Source: Acidobacteriota bacterium
GTDB taxonomy: Bacteria > Acidobacteriota > UBA4820 > DSQY01
Assembly: GCA_049967655.1 (NCBI GenBank)
Contig: JBMFSH010000012.1
Location: 5,945 to 69,944, forward strand
DNA: 64,000 nt
Direction: 5' to 3'
The notes beneath the pieces are model-generated. The model searched no databases. It saw nothing but the letters and a program-made list of their open reading frames with translations, and had not been told where the DNA came from. Positions 1 to 9,194 of this stretch are shown here, piece after piece (the first letter of the stretch is position 1; every line of letters begins with the position of its first letter). A program made the position numbers and the translations under genes.

Positions 1-279
1 ATTCCCAAGGGCTGCTTGGCGGTGGCCCTGGACCCCGGAGGCCGGACCATGGACAGCGAAGGCTTCGCCGGCCTCCTGCAGCGTCAAAAGGACGCCGGCA
101 AGCGCGTGGCCTTTCTCGTGGGCGGTCCCCACGGCCTGGGCCCTGAGGCCCTCGATCTCGCCGAGATCCGGCTGAGCCTCTCTCCCATGACCCTCACTCA
201 CGACATGGCCACGCTGGTCCTCGCCGAACAAGTCTATCGAGCCTTCGCCCGCTGCACGGGAAGAGCCTACGCCAAATAG
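1..279 (+). CDS. rlmH: 23S rRNA (pseudouridine1915-N3)-methyltransferase RlmH, 5'-truncated by window edge
   Basis: C-terminal SPOUT-knot sequence (...VAFLVGGPHGL...SLSPMTLTHDMATLVLAEQVYRA...) ending at TAG 277-279. Confidence 0.8.
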   Translation: MPKGCLAVALDPGGRTMDSEGFAGLLQRQKDAGKRVAFLVGGPHGLGPEALDLAEIRLSLSPMTLTHDMATLVLAEQVYRAFARCTGRAYAK

Positions 280-296
280 CGTAAAGAGGAGTCTCC

Positions 297-656
297 ATGG
301 ACAAGAAAACCCTGAAGCACTTCGAGAAATTGCTCCTGGACAAGAGGGCGGAACTCCAGAGCGCCTACCGCGATAAGCTCTCCAGAAGCGGGGACGCGGG
401 GGCGGACGGGGCGCTGGACTCGGCCGACGAGGCTTCTGCCAACTACAACAAGGAGTTCTGGTACTCCCTCTCGGACGCGGACCGGAAGATCATGCGGCGG
501 ATTGACGAGGCGCTCCGGGTCATCGCCACGGAGGGAGGCTACGGGGAGTGCGTCCACTGCGGCAAGCCCATCCAGCGAAAGCGGCTCGAGGCCGTTCCCT
601 GGGCCCGCCACTGCCTCGAGTGCCAGGATTTGCAGGAACGCGGGCTCATCGAGTGA
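297..656 (+). CDS. DksA/TraR family C4-type zinc finger protein
   Basis: 119 aa, C-terminal CxxC-x17-CxxC (CVHCGKP...HCLEC), AGGAG RBS upstream. Confidence 0.75.
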   Translation: MDKKTLKHFEKLLLDKRAELQSAYRDKLSRSGDAGADGALDSADEASANYNKEFWYSLSDADRKIMRRIDEALRVIATEGGYGECVHCGKPIQRKRLEAVPWARHCLECQDLQERGLIE

Positions 657-666
657 CCGAACCGGC

Positions 667-2043
667 ATGCGCCTGAAAACCGCCCTCATCACCGGGACGC
701 TGATCCTGTTGATGGCCCTCCTTCTGGGACTCGTCTCCAGGAACGTGGAGGTCTTGAGAGAGCCCTTCATCTTCTTCGGGCTCCGAGTTCCCATGGCCTG
801 GGTGCTGACGGTCGCCCTCCTGGCCGGTTTCCTCAGCTTCGCCGTCTGGATCGCCGCCAGCGGGTTGGCCCAGGTGGTGCGGCGGTGGCTGACGGACCTG
901 AGGCGCCAGAGCGAGAGGGCGGCCGAGGAGCACTATCTCAAAGGGCTCGACGCCGTCCTGGGAAGCCGGCCCTTTGAAGCCATCAACCACTTCCAACACG
1001 CCCTGGAGTCTCAGCCCAACTACCTGCCCGCGCTCCTCAAGCTGGGCGATGCCCTCCGCTCCGCCGGTCGTCCCCAAGAGGCGCTGGCCTACCACCGGGA
1101 GGCCCTCAACGAACACCCCGAGGACATCCCGACGCTCTACGCGCTCACCGAAGACGCCCTGGCGCTCCAGGACCACGAGGAGGCGAAGCGGTACCTGCTG
1201 GAGATCATCCGCATTCAGCCGCGCCGGGCTCTCAAGGGCATGCGGATGCTGAGGGACCTCTACATCAAGGAGGGCAATTGGCGCCGGGCGCTCGATATCC
1301 AGGAGCACATCGGGGAGGCGAGGGTTCTGGAGGAGGAGCGGGCCGAGGACGCTCCGTTCACGCCCGGCCTGCTGTACCAGATCGGGGTGGACCTCCTGCT
1401 CCAGGACAAGCACGGCGAAGCGATCGCTCAGTTGGAAAAGGTCCGAAAGAAGTATCCGGCGTTTCAGGCCACCTACCTGAAGCTCGCCGAAGCTTACCTC
1501 TTGAACGGCGAGGAGCAGAAGGCGGTGGACACCTACATCGACGGATACCGCAAAAATGCCTTCCCCACCTGCCTGCTGGCCATGGAACAGCTCTATCTCG
1601 ACAAGGGGGACCCGGAGGGCGCCATCCAGCAGTACCAAGCCCTCATCGCCTCCACGGATCGGAAGGTCCTGCCCAAGTTCCTGCTCGGGCGGTTCTTCTA
1701 CCGGCTGGAGATTCTCGACCGGGCCGAGCAGATCCTCAGGGAGGTCGAGAGCAACGTCGGCCAGTCGGGCCTTCTCCAGTATTACCTGGGACGGGTGAGG
1801 GAGAGGCGCGGAGACCTTGCCAAGGCCTGCGACCACTACCGGGAAGTCATCCGCATTTTGGATCCCTTCGAATTCAACTACGAGTGCACCTCCTGCCACC
1901 AGCCCTCTCCCGAGTGGAAGGACTACTGCACCCAATGCCAGCGCTGGGACACCTTCCTCCCCACGTTCCGTGACGAGCTGCTGCAGGAGATCCACGAGCC
2001 CAGCCCGGTCTTCTACCAAGAGATCCAGTGGAAACCCCGATGA
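667..2043 (+). CDS. lapB: LapB/YciM-like TPR-repeat protein with C-terminal rubredoxin-type metal-binding domain
   Basis: N-terminal TM helix, multiple TPRs, C-terminal CTSC-x10-CTQC; start at in-frame ATG 667 (ORF-track arithmetic). Confidence 0.65.
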   Translation: MRLKTALITGTLILLMALLLGLVSRNVEVLREPFIFFGLRVPMAWVLTVALLAGFLSFAVWIAASGLAQVVRRWLTDLRRQSERAAEEHYLKGLDAVLGSRPFEAINHFQHALESQPNYLPALLKLGDALRSAGRPQEALAYHREALNEHPEDIPTLYALTEDALALQDHEEAKRYLLEIIRIQPRRALKGMRMLRDLYIKEGNWRRALDIQEHIGEARVLEEERAEDAPFTPGLLYQIGVDLLLQDKHGEAIAQLEKVRKKYPAFQATYLKLAEAYLLNGEEQKAVDTYIDGYRKNAFPTCLLAMEQLYLDKGDPEGAIQQYQALIASTDRKVLPKFLLGRFFYRLEILDRAEQILREVESNVGQSGLLQYYLGRVRERRGDLAKACDHYREVIRILDPFEFNYECTSCHQPSPEWKDYCTQCQRWDTFLPTFRDELLQEIHEPSPVFYQEIQWKPR

Positions 2044-2065
2044 GGCCGTCACCCCCCAGCTCCCC

Positions 2066-3373
2066 ATGACCGACTCGGACCTGAGCCAGGGCATCGCGTT
2101 GTTGTCCGCCGCCGGATTCGACGCGTGGGAAGCCTTTCACCTTCGGCGCACCGCGCGGACCGCCCTTATCACTGGGGAGTCGGATCTGAAGCTGCTCGCC
2201 ATCGAGGAGGCCGGGCTCGGGATCCGGGTCTGCCGCGGAGGCAGGCGGGGCTTCGCCTCCACCACGGACTTGGGGCTGCGGGGGATCCAGGCTCTTCTGG
2301 ACCGCCTCGACGCCGTGGTCCGGTCCGCCGAGCCCGAAGCGCCGTGGACTTTGGCGGAGCCTCCAAGCGGCGCGGCGGGCGGCTCCCCGACCACCTCAGC
2401 GTCGCCCCCCCTCGATTGGCGAGAGGCCGAATCTATGCTTCAGGAGGCCGCCTCCGCCGCCCGCGGGCCCGGCCTGGCGGTCGGGGAGTGCCGCCTGCGC
2501 CAGGCCGAGGAGCGCATCAGCATCTGCAACAGCCGTGGCCTCACCGTAAACTTCGAGCGGCGCCGCTCCTCCCTCTCCGTAGCCTGCAGGACCGACGTAG
2601 GCGACCACTCAGGCCGTTTTTCCCAGTTCGGGGCCACACCCAGGGAGATGGATGCGGCCTCCGCGGGCCGCCGGGCCGCCATGCGGACCGCCGCTCGGAC
2701 GGCCCGCAAGGCTCGCCTTCCGGCCAAGGCCACCGTGGTACTCGGCCCCTGGGCGACGGCCTCCCTTTTGCGGCGCCTCACTCCCTGCCTTGCGGGCGAG
2801 GGCGAGCGCTCCTGGAGGTCAATCCTCGGAGAAGCGGTCGGCTCGGGTGCCATGACGCTCGTGGATGATCCCCGGTTGCCCGGCGGCGCCGGGAGTTCGC
2901 CCTTCGACGATGAGGGAGTGCCGGCGGAACCCCTTTGCCTGGCGGCGAAGGGCATCCTACGGGCCCTGGCCCACCATTGCGGCTCCGCCGCCAAGGCCGG
3001 AAGCGCGAGCACGGGACACGGCCTCCGCATGGGCTTTGCCCATCTACCCGAAGTCGGCTTTCACAACCTCCACCTGGCGGGAGAGCACGGCCTCACCCCC
3101 GAAGCCCTCCTCGATAAGGCCGGCCCCTGCCTTTACCTGGAAGAGCTGGCCGGCCCGCCTCCGTTCCACTCGGGGTACGGCCGTCTCCTCACGGGGTGGG
3201 GATGGGCGCTCCGCAACGGCGAGCCGACGGGGGCGGTGGACCCGGTCTGCCTGGCCGACACCCTGCCGGACCTCCTTCTCAAACTCGTCCGGGTGGCCGG
3301 CCAGCCGCTCACCTTTCCCGGCGGAACCGCCGGAACGACGGCCCTCTTCGAGGATGTTCGAATGGCCGGATGA
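2066..3373 (+). CDS. TldD/PmbA family metalloprotease (PmbA-like)
   Basis: family-typical N-terminal region (MTDSDLSQGIALLSAAGFDAWEAF...); start from ORF-track arithmetic. Confidence 0.6.
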   Translation: MTDSDLSQGIALLSAAGFDAWEAFHLRRTARTALITGESDLKLLAIEEAGLGIRVCRGGRRGFASTTDLGLRGIQALLDRLDAVVRSAEPEAPWTLAEPPSGAAGGSPTTSASPPLDWREAESMLQEAASAARGPGLAVGECRLRQAEERISICNSRGLTVNFERRRSSLSVACRTDVGDHSGRFSQFGATPREMDAASAGRRAAMRTAARTARKARLPAKATVVLGPWATASLLRRLTPCLAGEGERSWRSILGEAVGSGAMTLVDDPRLPGGAGSSPFDDEGVPAEPLCLAAKGILRALAHHCGSAAKAGSASTGHGLRMGFAHLPEVGFHNLHLAGEHGLTPEALLDKAGPCLYLEELAGPPPFHSGYGRLLTGWGWALRNGEPTGAVDPVCLADTLPDLLLKLVRVAGQPLTFPGGTAGTTALFEDVRMAG

Positions 3374-3387
3374 TGCAGTGGCCGGGG

Positions 3388-4128
3388 CTATTCGGAGGCC
3401 CGAGGCAGGTGGGGAGCCAGGCGACGCAGGAAGCTCCTGATAAGCCCCACCTCACGCCTGGAAAGTCCGAATCGGTGCAGCATGGAGCGCAGCTCCCGGC
3501 CCACCGGGGCGCCGGGGTGGCGGAGGAAGCGGATCCGCTCCGCCACATTGAGCAGCTGCTGCGCGGCCGCCTCCACCTGCTCGTGGTTCGCCGGCTCCGG
3601 CGCGGCGGCCGGCGCGGCCCCGCCTCCGGCGCGGAAGGCCAGGTAGGCCAGCAGGACCGCGGACTGCGCCACGTTCAGGTCCCGGTAGGCAGGGTCCGTG
3701 GGAATCACCACGACCCGCCCGCACGCCGACAGCTCTCGCAGGGTCAGCCCCGACGACTCGGAACCGAAGACGAGCGCCGCATCCACGCCGGGCCGGCCGA
3801 CCCGATCCGCCGCCGCCTCGGGCGTCAGGGTGGGGAGTTTGGCGTGGGCGTGCGGGGCGGTGGCCAACACCACCTGGCACCCCGCCACGGCCTCCTCGAG
3901 AGATCCGACGGTCCGGGCCGCGCCGAGAACGTCGACGGCCCCCCACGCCGTACGGCGGGACTCGGTCTCGAAGAGGGGCGGAGATCCCGGAAGGTCTTGT
4001 GAGCGGTGAAGGCGGGGATCCACCAGGATGAGATCCTGGAATCCGAAGTTCTTCATGGCACGCGCCACGGAGCCGACGTTGGCGGGGGTCCTGGGACGGA
4101 CCAGGACGAACCGAAGAGGAGCCATCAC
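3388..4128 (-). CDS. SpoU/TrmH-family RNA 2'-O-methyltransferase (TrmJ-like)
   Basis: SpoU methylase motifs (LVRPRTPANVGSVARAMKNFG ... VFGSESSGL). Confidence 0.75.
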   Translation of the reverse strand: MMAPLRFVLVRPRTPANVGSVARAMKNFGFQDLILVDPRLHRSQDLPGSPPLFETESRRTAWGAVDVLGAARTVGSLEEAVAGCQVVLATAPHAHAKLPTLTPEAAADRVGRPGVDAALVFGSESSGLTLRELSACGRVVVIPTDPAYRDLNVAQSAVLLAYLAFRAGGGAAPAAAPEPANHEQVEAAAQQLLNVAERIRFLRHPGAPVGRELRSMLHRFGLSRREVGLIRSFLRRLAPHLPRASE

Positions 4129-5153
4129 CGAACCTCAGCCGCGCCCGGCCGCCGCTGGAACCGGTTGACGGCCCGGTCGTGTTCGGCGAGTGTTCGCGAG
4201 AAGTAGTGCGTCCCGTCGTTCCGGCTTACGAAGTAGAGGTAGTCGGATGGGGTCGGGTGGAGCACCGCCTCGAGGGAGGCCTTGCCGGGGCTGCAGATGG
4301 GGCCAGGCGGGAGGCCTGCGTGAAGATAGGTGTTGTAGGGACTCGCGTATGCCAAGTCCTGTCGGGTGAGGTACCCCCGGTAGACGCCGCCCATGGTTTC
4401 GGCGTACACGATGGTGGGGTCGGTCTGAAGCGGCATGCCGATGCGCAATCGGTTCAAGAAGACGTCGGCCACCAGCGGGCGCTCCTGCGGCGCGGCCGTC
4501 TCCTTCTCCACCAGGGAAGCCAGGGTGACCACCTCGCGGATCGGCATGCCACCCGAATTCGGCAGTCCGACCTTCTCCCACCAGGACCGAAAGCTCGCCA
4601 CGAGCACCTTCAGGACGGCCTCCTCGCGCAGATCCGGATCCATCAGATAGGTCTCGGGGAAGAGATACCCCTCCAGCGTGGTGGCCGAGGGGTCCAGGTC
4701 CCGGATCAGGGCCGGATCGGAGGTGAGCTTCAGGAATGTCTTCTCGCGGCCCAGGCCGGCGGCCGCCAGCAGGTGGGCCACCTCGTCGCGGCGGAGCCCT
4801 TCGGGGATGGTCACCTTGATGAGGATGACCTCTCCCTCGTTCAAGACCTGCACCACCTGAAGGGGCGTCATGGGCTTTTCGAAGCGGTAGGTCCCGGCCT
4901 TCAAAGTCTTGGGATGGCCGAACAGGGAGAAGGCCAGTTTCAGCGAGAAGCGGCTGCGGACGACCCCTTCCGCCGCCATCCGCTCCAGGACCTGTCCGGC
5001 GCTCATGCCCCTGGGCACGTGCACGAGGACGACCCTCGGCCTGGAGGGGTAAGGTTCGTGCCAGTCCCAGGCCAGCCAGGCCGCGAATAGGGCACAGACC
5101 GCGACCGCGACGAGCACGGTTCCCAGAGCCACCCGTCTCGCCCAGACCGTCAT
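4125..5153 (-). CDS. mltG: endolytic murein transglycosylase MltG (YceG family)
   Basis: N-terminal TM then YceG domain (…GMPLQTDPTIVYA…). Confidence 0.8.
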   Translation of the reverse strand: MTVWARRVALGTVLVAVAVCALFAAWLAWDWHEPYPSRPRVVLVHVPRGMSAGQVLERMAAEGVVRSRFSLKLAFSLFGHPKTLKAGTYRFEKPMTPLQVVQVLNEGEVILIKVTIPEGLRRDEVAHLLAAAGLGREKTFLKLTSDPALIRDLDPSATTLEGYLFPETYLMDPDLREEAVLKVLVASFRSWWEKVGLPNSGGMPIREVVTLASLVEKETAAPQERPLVADVFLNRLRIGMPLQTDPTIVYAETMGGVYRGYLTRQDLAYASPYNTYLHAGLPPGPICSPGKASLEAVLHPTPSDYLYFVSRNDGTHYFSRTLAEHDRAVNRFQRRPGAAEVR

Positions 5154-5569
5154 GGGGTACCGGCGTCCAGATAACTCTGGAGCAGGATGGCGGCGGCGAC
5201 CTGGTCCAAACGCCCCTTCTCCCTGCGCCGCCGCTCGCCGTGCTCTTGAAGCACCCGCGAGGCCTCACGGCTCGTGAGCCGTTCGTCGGCGAGCCGAACC
5301 GTCACCCCCGGCAGGCGGGCGGCGATCTCCTCGGCCAACGCGCGGGCCTCTCGGGCGCTCTCACCTTCGCCTCCCTCCATGTGAAGGGGGTGGCCGATGA
5401 GGATGGTGCTGACCCCGTGCTCGACCGCCACCGCGATCACGCGCCTGAGCGCCTCGCGGTGAGAGCTGATCTCCAGCGTGGGCAGGGGCCGGGCGATGGT
5501 CCTCGTCTCGTCCGAGACGGCCATCCCGACCCGCCGCTTTCCCCAGTCTACTGCCATCACTCTTCCCAT
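5150..5569 (-). CDS. ruvX: Holliday-junction resolvase-like RuvX/YqgF
   Basis: 139 aa, MAVDWGKRRVGMAVSD motif. Confidence 0.8.
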   Translation of the reverse strand: MGRVMAVDWGKRRVGMAVSDETRTIARPLPTLEISSHREALRRVIAVAVEHGVSTILIGHPLHMEGGEGESAREARALAEEIAARLPGVTVRLADERLTSREASRVLQEHGERRRREKGRLDQVAAAILLQSYLDAGTP

Positions 5570-5590
5570 GACGTCATCCTACAACGACCC

Positions 5591-5732
5591 AAATTCCGCG
5601 ATGGAAACGCGGGTGCCTCCGACTACCGCTCGGGTTCACCGGGGAAAGGCGTTGTCTCCTGGACGGGGAGGGCCATTCCCTCCCCGCTCCACGGGCCAAG
5701 CCCGTGGAGCCTGACCCCACCCTTGGTGCCCC
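5591..5732 (+). repeat. structured intergenic repeat, copy 1 (AAATTCCGCGATGGA…GGGGAGGGCCATTCCCTCCCC…CCACGGGCCAAGCCCGTGG…)
   Basis: about 90% identical to 33159-33293 and to the reverse complement of 13607-13795; two conserved hairpins. Confidence 0.7.
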
Positions 5733-6453
5733 TCTCGGCCACGTGGAGAGTGGCGATGCCGCCCGTCAGCGGATGCTGTCGAACCTCGGCAAAGCCGTTT
5801 CGCCGCATGGTCATGGCGAATTGCTCGGGCTCTGGAAAGCCCTGGACGGTGGCCGCGAGGTAACCATAGGGACCCCTGACGCGGCTGAAGAGCGCCCCGA
5901 TCCGGGGCAGCAGGCGGTGGAAATAGAGGCGGTAGAGGGGACCGAAGAGGCGGCCCCGCGGCTCCGAAAACTCCAGAACCACGAGCCGTCCACCGGGTTT
6001 GAGCACCCGGGCGGCCTCCGCGAGCCCCCGCTCCAGATCCTCGAAATTGCGCACCCCGAAGGCCACCGTAATGCCATCCACGCAGTCGTCGCGCAGGGGC
6101 AGGCGGAGCGCGTCCGCCTGTACCCAGCAGATCCCGCTCCCCTGACGTCGGGCCTTCTTCATCGCGATCTCCAGCATGGGTCCCGTAAAATCCAGGCCCA
6201 TCACCCTGGCGCCCGAACGCCTCGCCAGCGCGAAGGCGAGGTCTCCCGTGCCCGTGCAGAGGTCCAGGTAGAGGCCCCGAGGTTTGGGCTCCATGGCCCG
6301 GACAGCCATCCGTCTCCAGTAGCGGTCCACATTCAGAGATAGGGCGTGGTTCAGGAAATCGTAGGTGGGGGCGATGGCCCCGAACATGCGGGTCACCTCC
6401 CCGGCTTCCTTCCGCTGGGGGTCCGGAGCCACCCGGCGAACGGCCCTGATCAT
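5623..6453 (-). CDS. ubiE: demethylmenaquinone/ubiquinone methyltransferase UbiE/MenG; last ~30 codons lie inside repeat copy 1
   Basis: class I SAM MTase motifs (LDLCTGTGDLA, VLEFSEP); tail …GGVRLHGLGPWSGEGMALPVQETTPFPGEPER is encoded by the repeat. Confidence 0.8.
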   Translation of the reverse strand: MIRAVRRVAPDPQRKEAGEVTRMFGAIAPTYDFLNHALSLNVDRYWRRMAVRAMEPKPRGLYLDLCTGTGDLAFALARRSGARVMGLDFTGPMLEIAMKKARRQGSGICWVQADALRLPLRDDCVDGITVAFGVRNFEDLERGLAEAARVLKPGGRLVVLEFSEPRGRLFGPLYRLYFHRLLPRIGALFSRVRGPYGYLAATVQGFPEPEQFAMTMRRNGFAEVRQHPLTGGIATLHVAERGTKGGVRLHGLGPWSGEGMALPVQETTPFPGEPER

Positions 6454-7427
6454 GGCAGCTCGTCCGCCAGCGCCCTGGTCAGCTCCTCGGGGTTGCAGGT
6501 GGCCGTGCCCATCTTACCCACCACCACACCGGCCGCGGCGTTGGCCATGTGCGCCGCCTCCGACAGGGCAACGCCCGAGGCCAGGGCCAGGCTCAGCACG
6601 GCCACTACGGTGTCGCCCGCCCCGGTCACGTCGTAGACCTCGCGGACCCGGGCGGGGATGTGCTCCAAGGCTCCCGTCCGCCGAGCCAGGACCATGCCCT
6701 CCTCCCCCACCGTAAAGAGGATCGCCGCCCAGTCGGTGCGGGAAAAGAGCCCCGCGGCGGCGGCTCCCGCCTGCTCCAGCGAGAAGGCGTGGCCGCAGAG
6801 GCCCTCGGCCTCGGCACGGTTCGGCGTGAGAACCGTGGCCCCCGGATAGGGAAAGTGGGAGGGCTTGGGATCCACGACGTAGGGGATGCCGGCGGCCTTG
6901 GCCATCTCGCCGACGGCCGCCAGGCTGGTGTGGTCAAAGAGCCCCTTGGCGTAGTCCGAGACCACGAGTGCCCCACACCCGGGCAATGCGCTCTCTATGG
7001 AGGTCAGGACTCTCTGGCGCGCCCGCTCGTCCAGAGGCTCCTTCACCTCGCGATCGACGCGTACCACCTGCTGGTGGTGCGCGACGATACGGGTCTTCAC
7101 GGTGGTGAGGCGCCCGGCGATTTCGACCAGCGCGTCGGTGGAGAGTCCGGCGCCCGCCAGCACTTCGAGGAACTGCCTCCCGGTGGGATCGTCCCCGATC
7201 GCACCCACCAGGGTCACCGCCCCTCCGAGGGCCACGATGTTGTTGGCCACGTTCGCCGCCCCACCGGGCAGGGCCCGTTCGCTGGTCACCTCCACCACCG
7301 GGATGGGGGCCTCGGGCGAAATACGGTGGACGGATCCGTAGACGAAGCGGTCGAGGATCAGGTCCCCGGCCACCAAAATCTTTATCCCTCGCCAGTCTGG
7401 CAGCCCACTTCTCATGCCTCCCCCCAC
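6450..7427 (-). CDS. D-glycero-beta-D-manno-heptose 7-phosphate kinase (RfaE domain I / PfkB family, kinase-only)
   Basis: ribokinase-fold motifs (ILVAGDLILDRF…GAGDTVVAVL); start M1 or M5 uncertain. Confidence 0.7.
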   Translation of the reverse strand: MGGGMRSGLPDWRGIKILVAGDLILDRFVYGSVHRISPEAPIPVVEVTSERALPGGAANVANNIVALGGAVTLVGAIGDDPTGRQFLEVLAGAGLSTDALVEIAGRLTTVKTRIVAHHQQVVRVDREVKEPLDERARQRVLTSIESALPGCGALVVSDYAKGLFDHTSLAAVGEMAKAAGIPYVVDPKPSHFPYPGATVLTPNRAEAEGLCGHAFSLEQAGAAAAGLFSRTDWAAILFTVGEEGMVLARRTGALEHIPARVREVYDVTGAGDTVVAVLSLALASGVALSEAAHMANAAAGVVVGKMGTATCNPEELTRALADELP

Positions 7428-7434
7428 CCGTCGG

Positions 7435-7851
7435 TCATATACCGGCTTCCCACAAATACCACCAGTTCAGTAGAAACGCCACGAGCAGGCCAAGCCAGAA
7501 CCACTTCTCCTCCCTCGGCGAGAGTTCGATGATGAAATCCCGTTCGGCGAAGCGGGCCACCAGCCCGACGAGAGTCCAGAGAACGAGGGCGGCCAGGATG
7601 AGGAGCAGGAGCGGATTGCTGTGAAAGGAGGCGGCCAGCCTCCCGTGCAGCAGGTCCAGCACCATCCTCGTGGCCCCGCAGGTGGGGCAGGGGTGGCCGG
7701 TGATTAGATGGAAGCCGCAAGGCGGCAGGAACCTCGCCGGGAGGCGCTCCGCCACCAGGCCAGCCGCGCCCAGCACCAGCAACCCCAGCCCCACGCCGAC
7801 CCACGCGGGAGTGGGATTCTCTTTCCGGTGCGGAGCCAACCCAAGCTTCAC
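7435..7851 (-). CDS. DUF2752 family membrane protein
   Basis: HLITGHPCPTCGATR motif plus TM helices. Confidence 0.6.
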   Translation of the reverse strand: MKLGLAPHRKENPTPAWVGVGLGLLVLGAAGLVAERLPARFLPPCGFHLITGHPCPTCGATRMVLDLLHGRLAASFHSNPLLLLILAALVLWTLVGLVARFAERDFIIELSPREEKWFWLGLLVAFLLNWWYLWEAGI

Positions 7852-9188
7852 TTCGGCCCCGCCTTCGACGTCCCCTTCACCAAGGTAAAGGAGGCCACGA
7901 TCTTGCCCCAGGCTTGCTCGGGCAGGACGAAGGCCACGCTGCGCTTGGCGGGGTGGGCGTACCAGGTTCCTGAGGAATCCCGGCCCAGCTCCACGCGGTC
8001 CGAGAAGCCCTGTCCCCGGAAGGTGATCGTCACGGCGGGCGGAGAGAGCCCGAGTTTACCGGGTTCCGTAAGGGGCACCGCCCGCTCACCGCGAAGGGAG
8101 GAGAGGCCATCGGCCAGAATGCTGGCTTGGGCCCCCTTGGGTGGGAGCTTCGGTTGGGTGAACACCCAGCCCAGCTTCTCGTCCCGCTTCAATGCGAGGG
8201 AGTAGAGGCCCGAGACGCCGATCTCCTGGACATCGTAGAAGTCGTGCGATATGAGGTTCATGGAGCGCAGCTTCTCCGGATCCTGGTCCAGGGACTTCAG
8301 CGAGTTGAGGGAGACGGCCATGACCGACGGGCGGTTGGAGACCCAGGCGTAGACCAGCCGCTTCTCGGGCGCGCCGCCGGGGACGGCCTTCCCGAGCTTG
8401 GCCTCGATGGTCTGGCCCTTGGCCGTCACCAGAATGTCGGTGGAGGGCGGATCGAGGCCGTAGGTGGACAGGTCGGCCGGCTTGTCCGAAACGTATTGGT
8501 CCACGGGGCAGAGGGAGATGTCGTCGAGGAGATTCTCGATCTGGTTGGTGTCCCCGCGGTCGCTGAAGGGGGCGGTGACGCTCCACCCTCCTGCGGGGTC
8601 GCGAGAGAGGGCGAGCGTCTCGGCTCCACCGCGCAGGACCTTCAGAGACTGGATGTCCGCCGTTCCGACCGTGAGGAGGTCCTTGGAGCGGAAGCTGGAC
8701 ACGGGTTCGAGGAGTAGGCTTTCGAGGTCCGGCGCCACCAGGGCGGTCCGGGCGCCGATCCGCACGTAGAGCCCTTCGTCCAGGGGCGCCTTGGCCCCCA
8801 CGTCCAGGACCACCGGCTTCGTCGGCCCCTTCAACGTCCACACGGCCCTGGGCGGGGAGAGGCCCAGCTCCGCCTCCGATGCGGTGGGTTCCACCCAGCG
8901 CAGGACCGTCGCCCTGGAGAGGCGGTCCAGGAAGCCCTCCACTCCGTAGCGGTCGGCGGCGTCGTCAACGGGCTGGCTCACTCGCCAGCCGCCTCCCTTT
9001 TCTTTGACCAGGGAAATCGCCCCCTGCCCGCTGCGGCTCAACTGGCTGACCTGGTCGGGTTTGAAGTCCACGAGACGGTTGCGCCGCTCGGCGATCTGCT
9101 CCGTGCTGGGCTGCTTCCGCTCCCAGAGGGCGATGAAGGAGACCAAGAGCGCCACCATGGCCAGCAGAATCCACGTGGATCTCTTCAT
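7848..9188 (-). CDS. DUF4340-domain protein (accessory to GldG-type ABC system)
   Basis: signal/TM N-terminus; sits downstream of the GldG-like gene as in known operons. Confidence 0.6.
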   Translation of the reverse strand: MKRSTWILLAMVALLVSFIALWERKQPSTEQIAERRNRLVDFKPDQVSQLSRSGQGAISLVKEKGGGWRVSQPVDDAADRYGVEGFLDRLSRATVLRWVEPTASEAELGLSPPRAVWTLKGPTKPVVLDVGAKAPLDEGLYVRIGARTALVAPDLESLLLEPVSSFRSKDLLTVGTADIQSLKVLRGGAETLALSRDPAGGWSVTAPFSDRGDTNQIENLLDDISLCPVDQYVSDKPADLSTYGLDPPSTDILVTAKGQTIEAKLGKAVPGGAPEKRLVYAWVSNRPSVMAVSLNSLKSLDQDPEKLRSMNLISHDFYDVQEIGVSGLYSLALKRDEKLGWVFTQPKLPPKGAQASILADGLSSLRGERAVPLTEPGKLGLSPPAVTITFRGQGFSDRVELGRDSSGTWYAHPAKRSVAFVLPEQAWGKIVASFTLVKGTSKAGPK

Positions 9189-9194
9189 GGCTCC

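Noticed and set aside
646-2094. Long antisense or overlapping ORFs throughout (e.g. 646..2094-, 1817..3373 N-terminal part, 26714..28339+, 27787..30156+, 33060..34949-, 39707..42589-, 43543..45267+, 45300..46109-)
   Set aside because: Typical stop-codon-poor alternative frames of a ~68% GC genome. They have low-complexity R/G/P-rich translations and overlap well-supported genes on the other strand.
5591-5732. Repeat as a group II intron domain V/VI fragment, an integron attC site or a CRISPR repeat
   Set aside because: No DV consensus and no R''/L'' attC architecture. Copies are dispersed with no regular spacer array.
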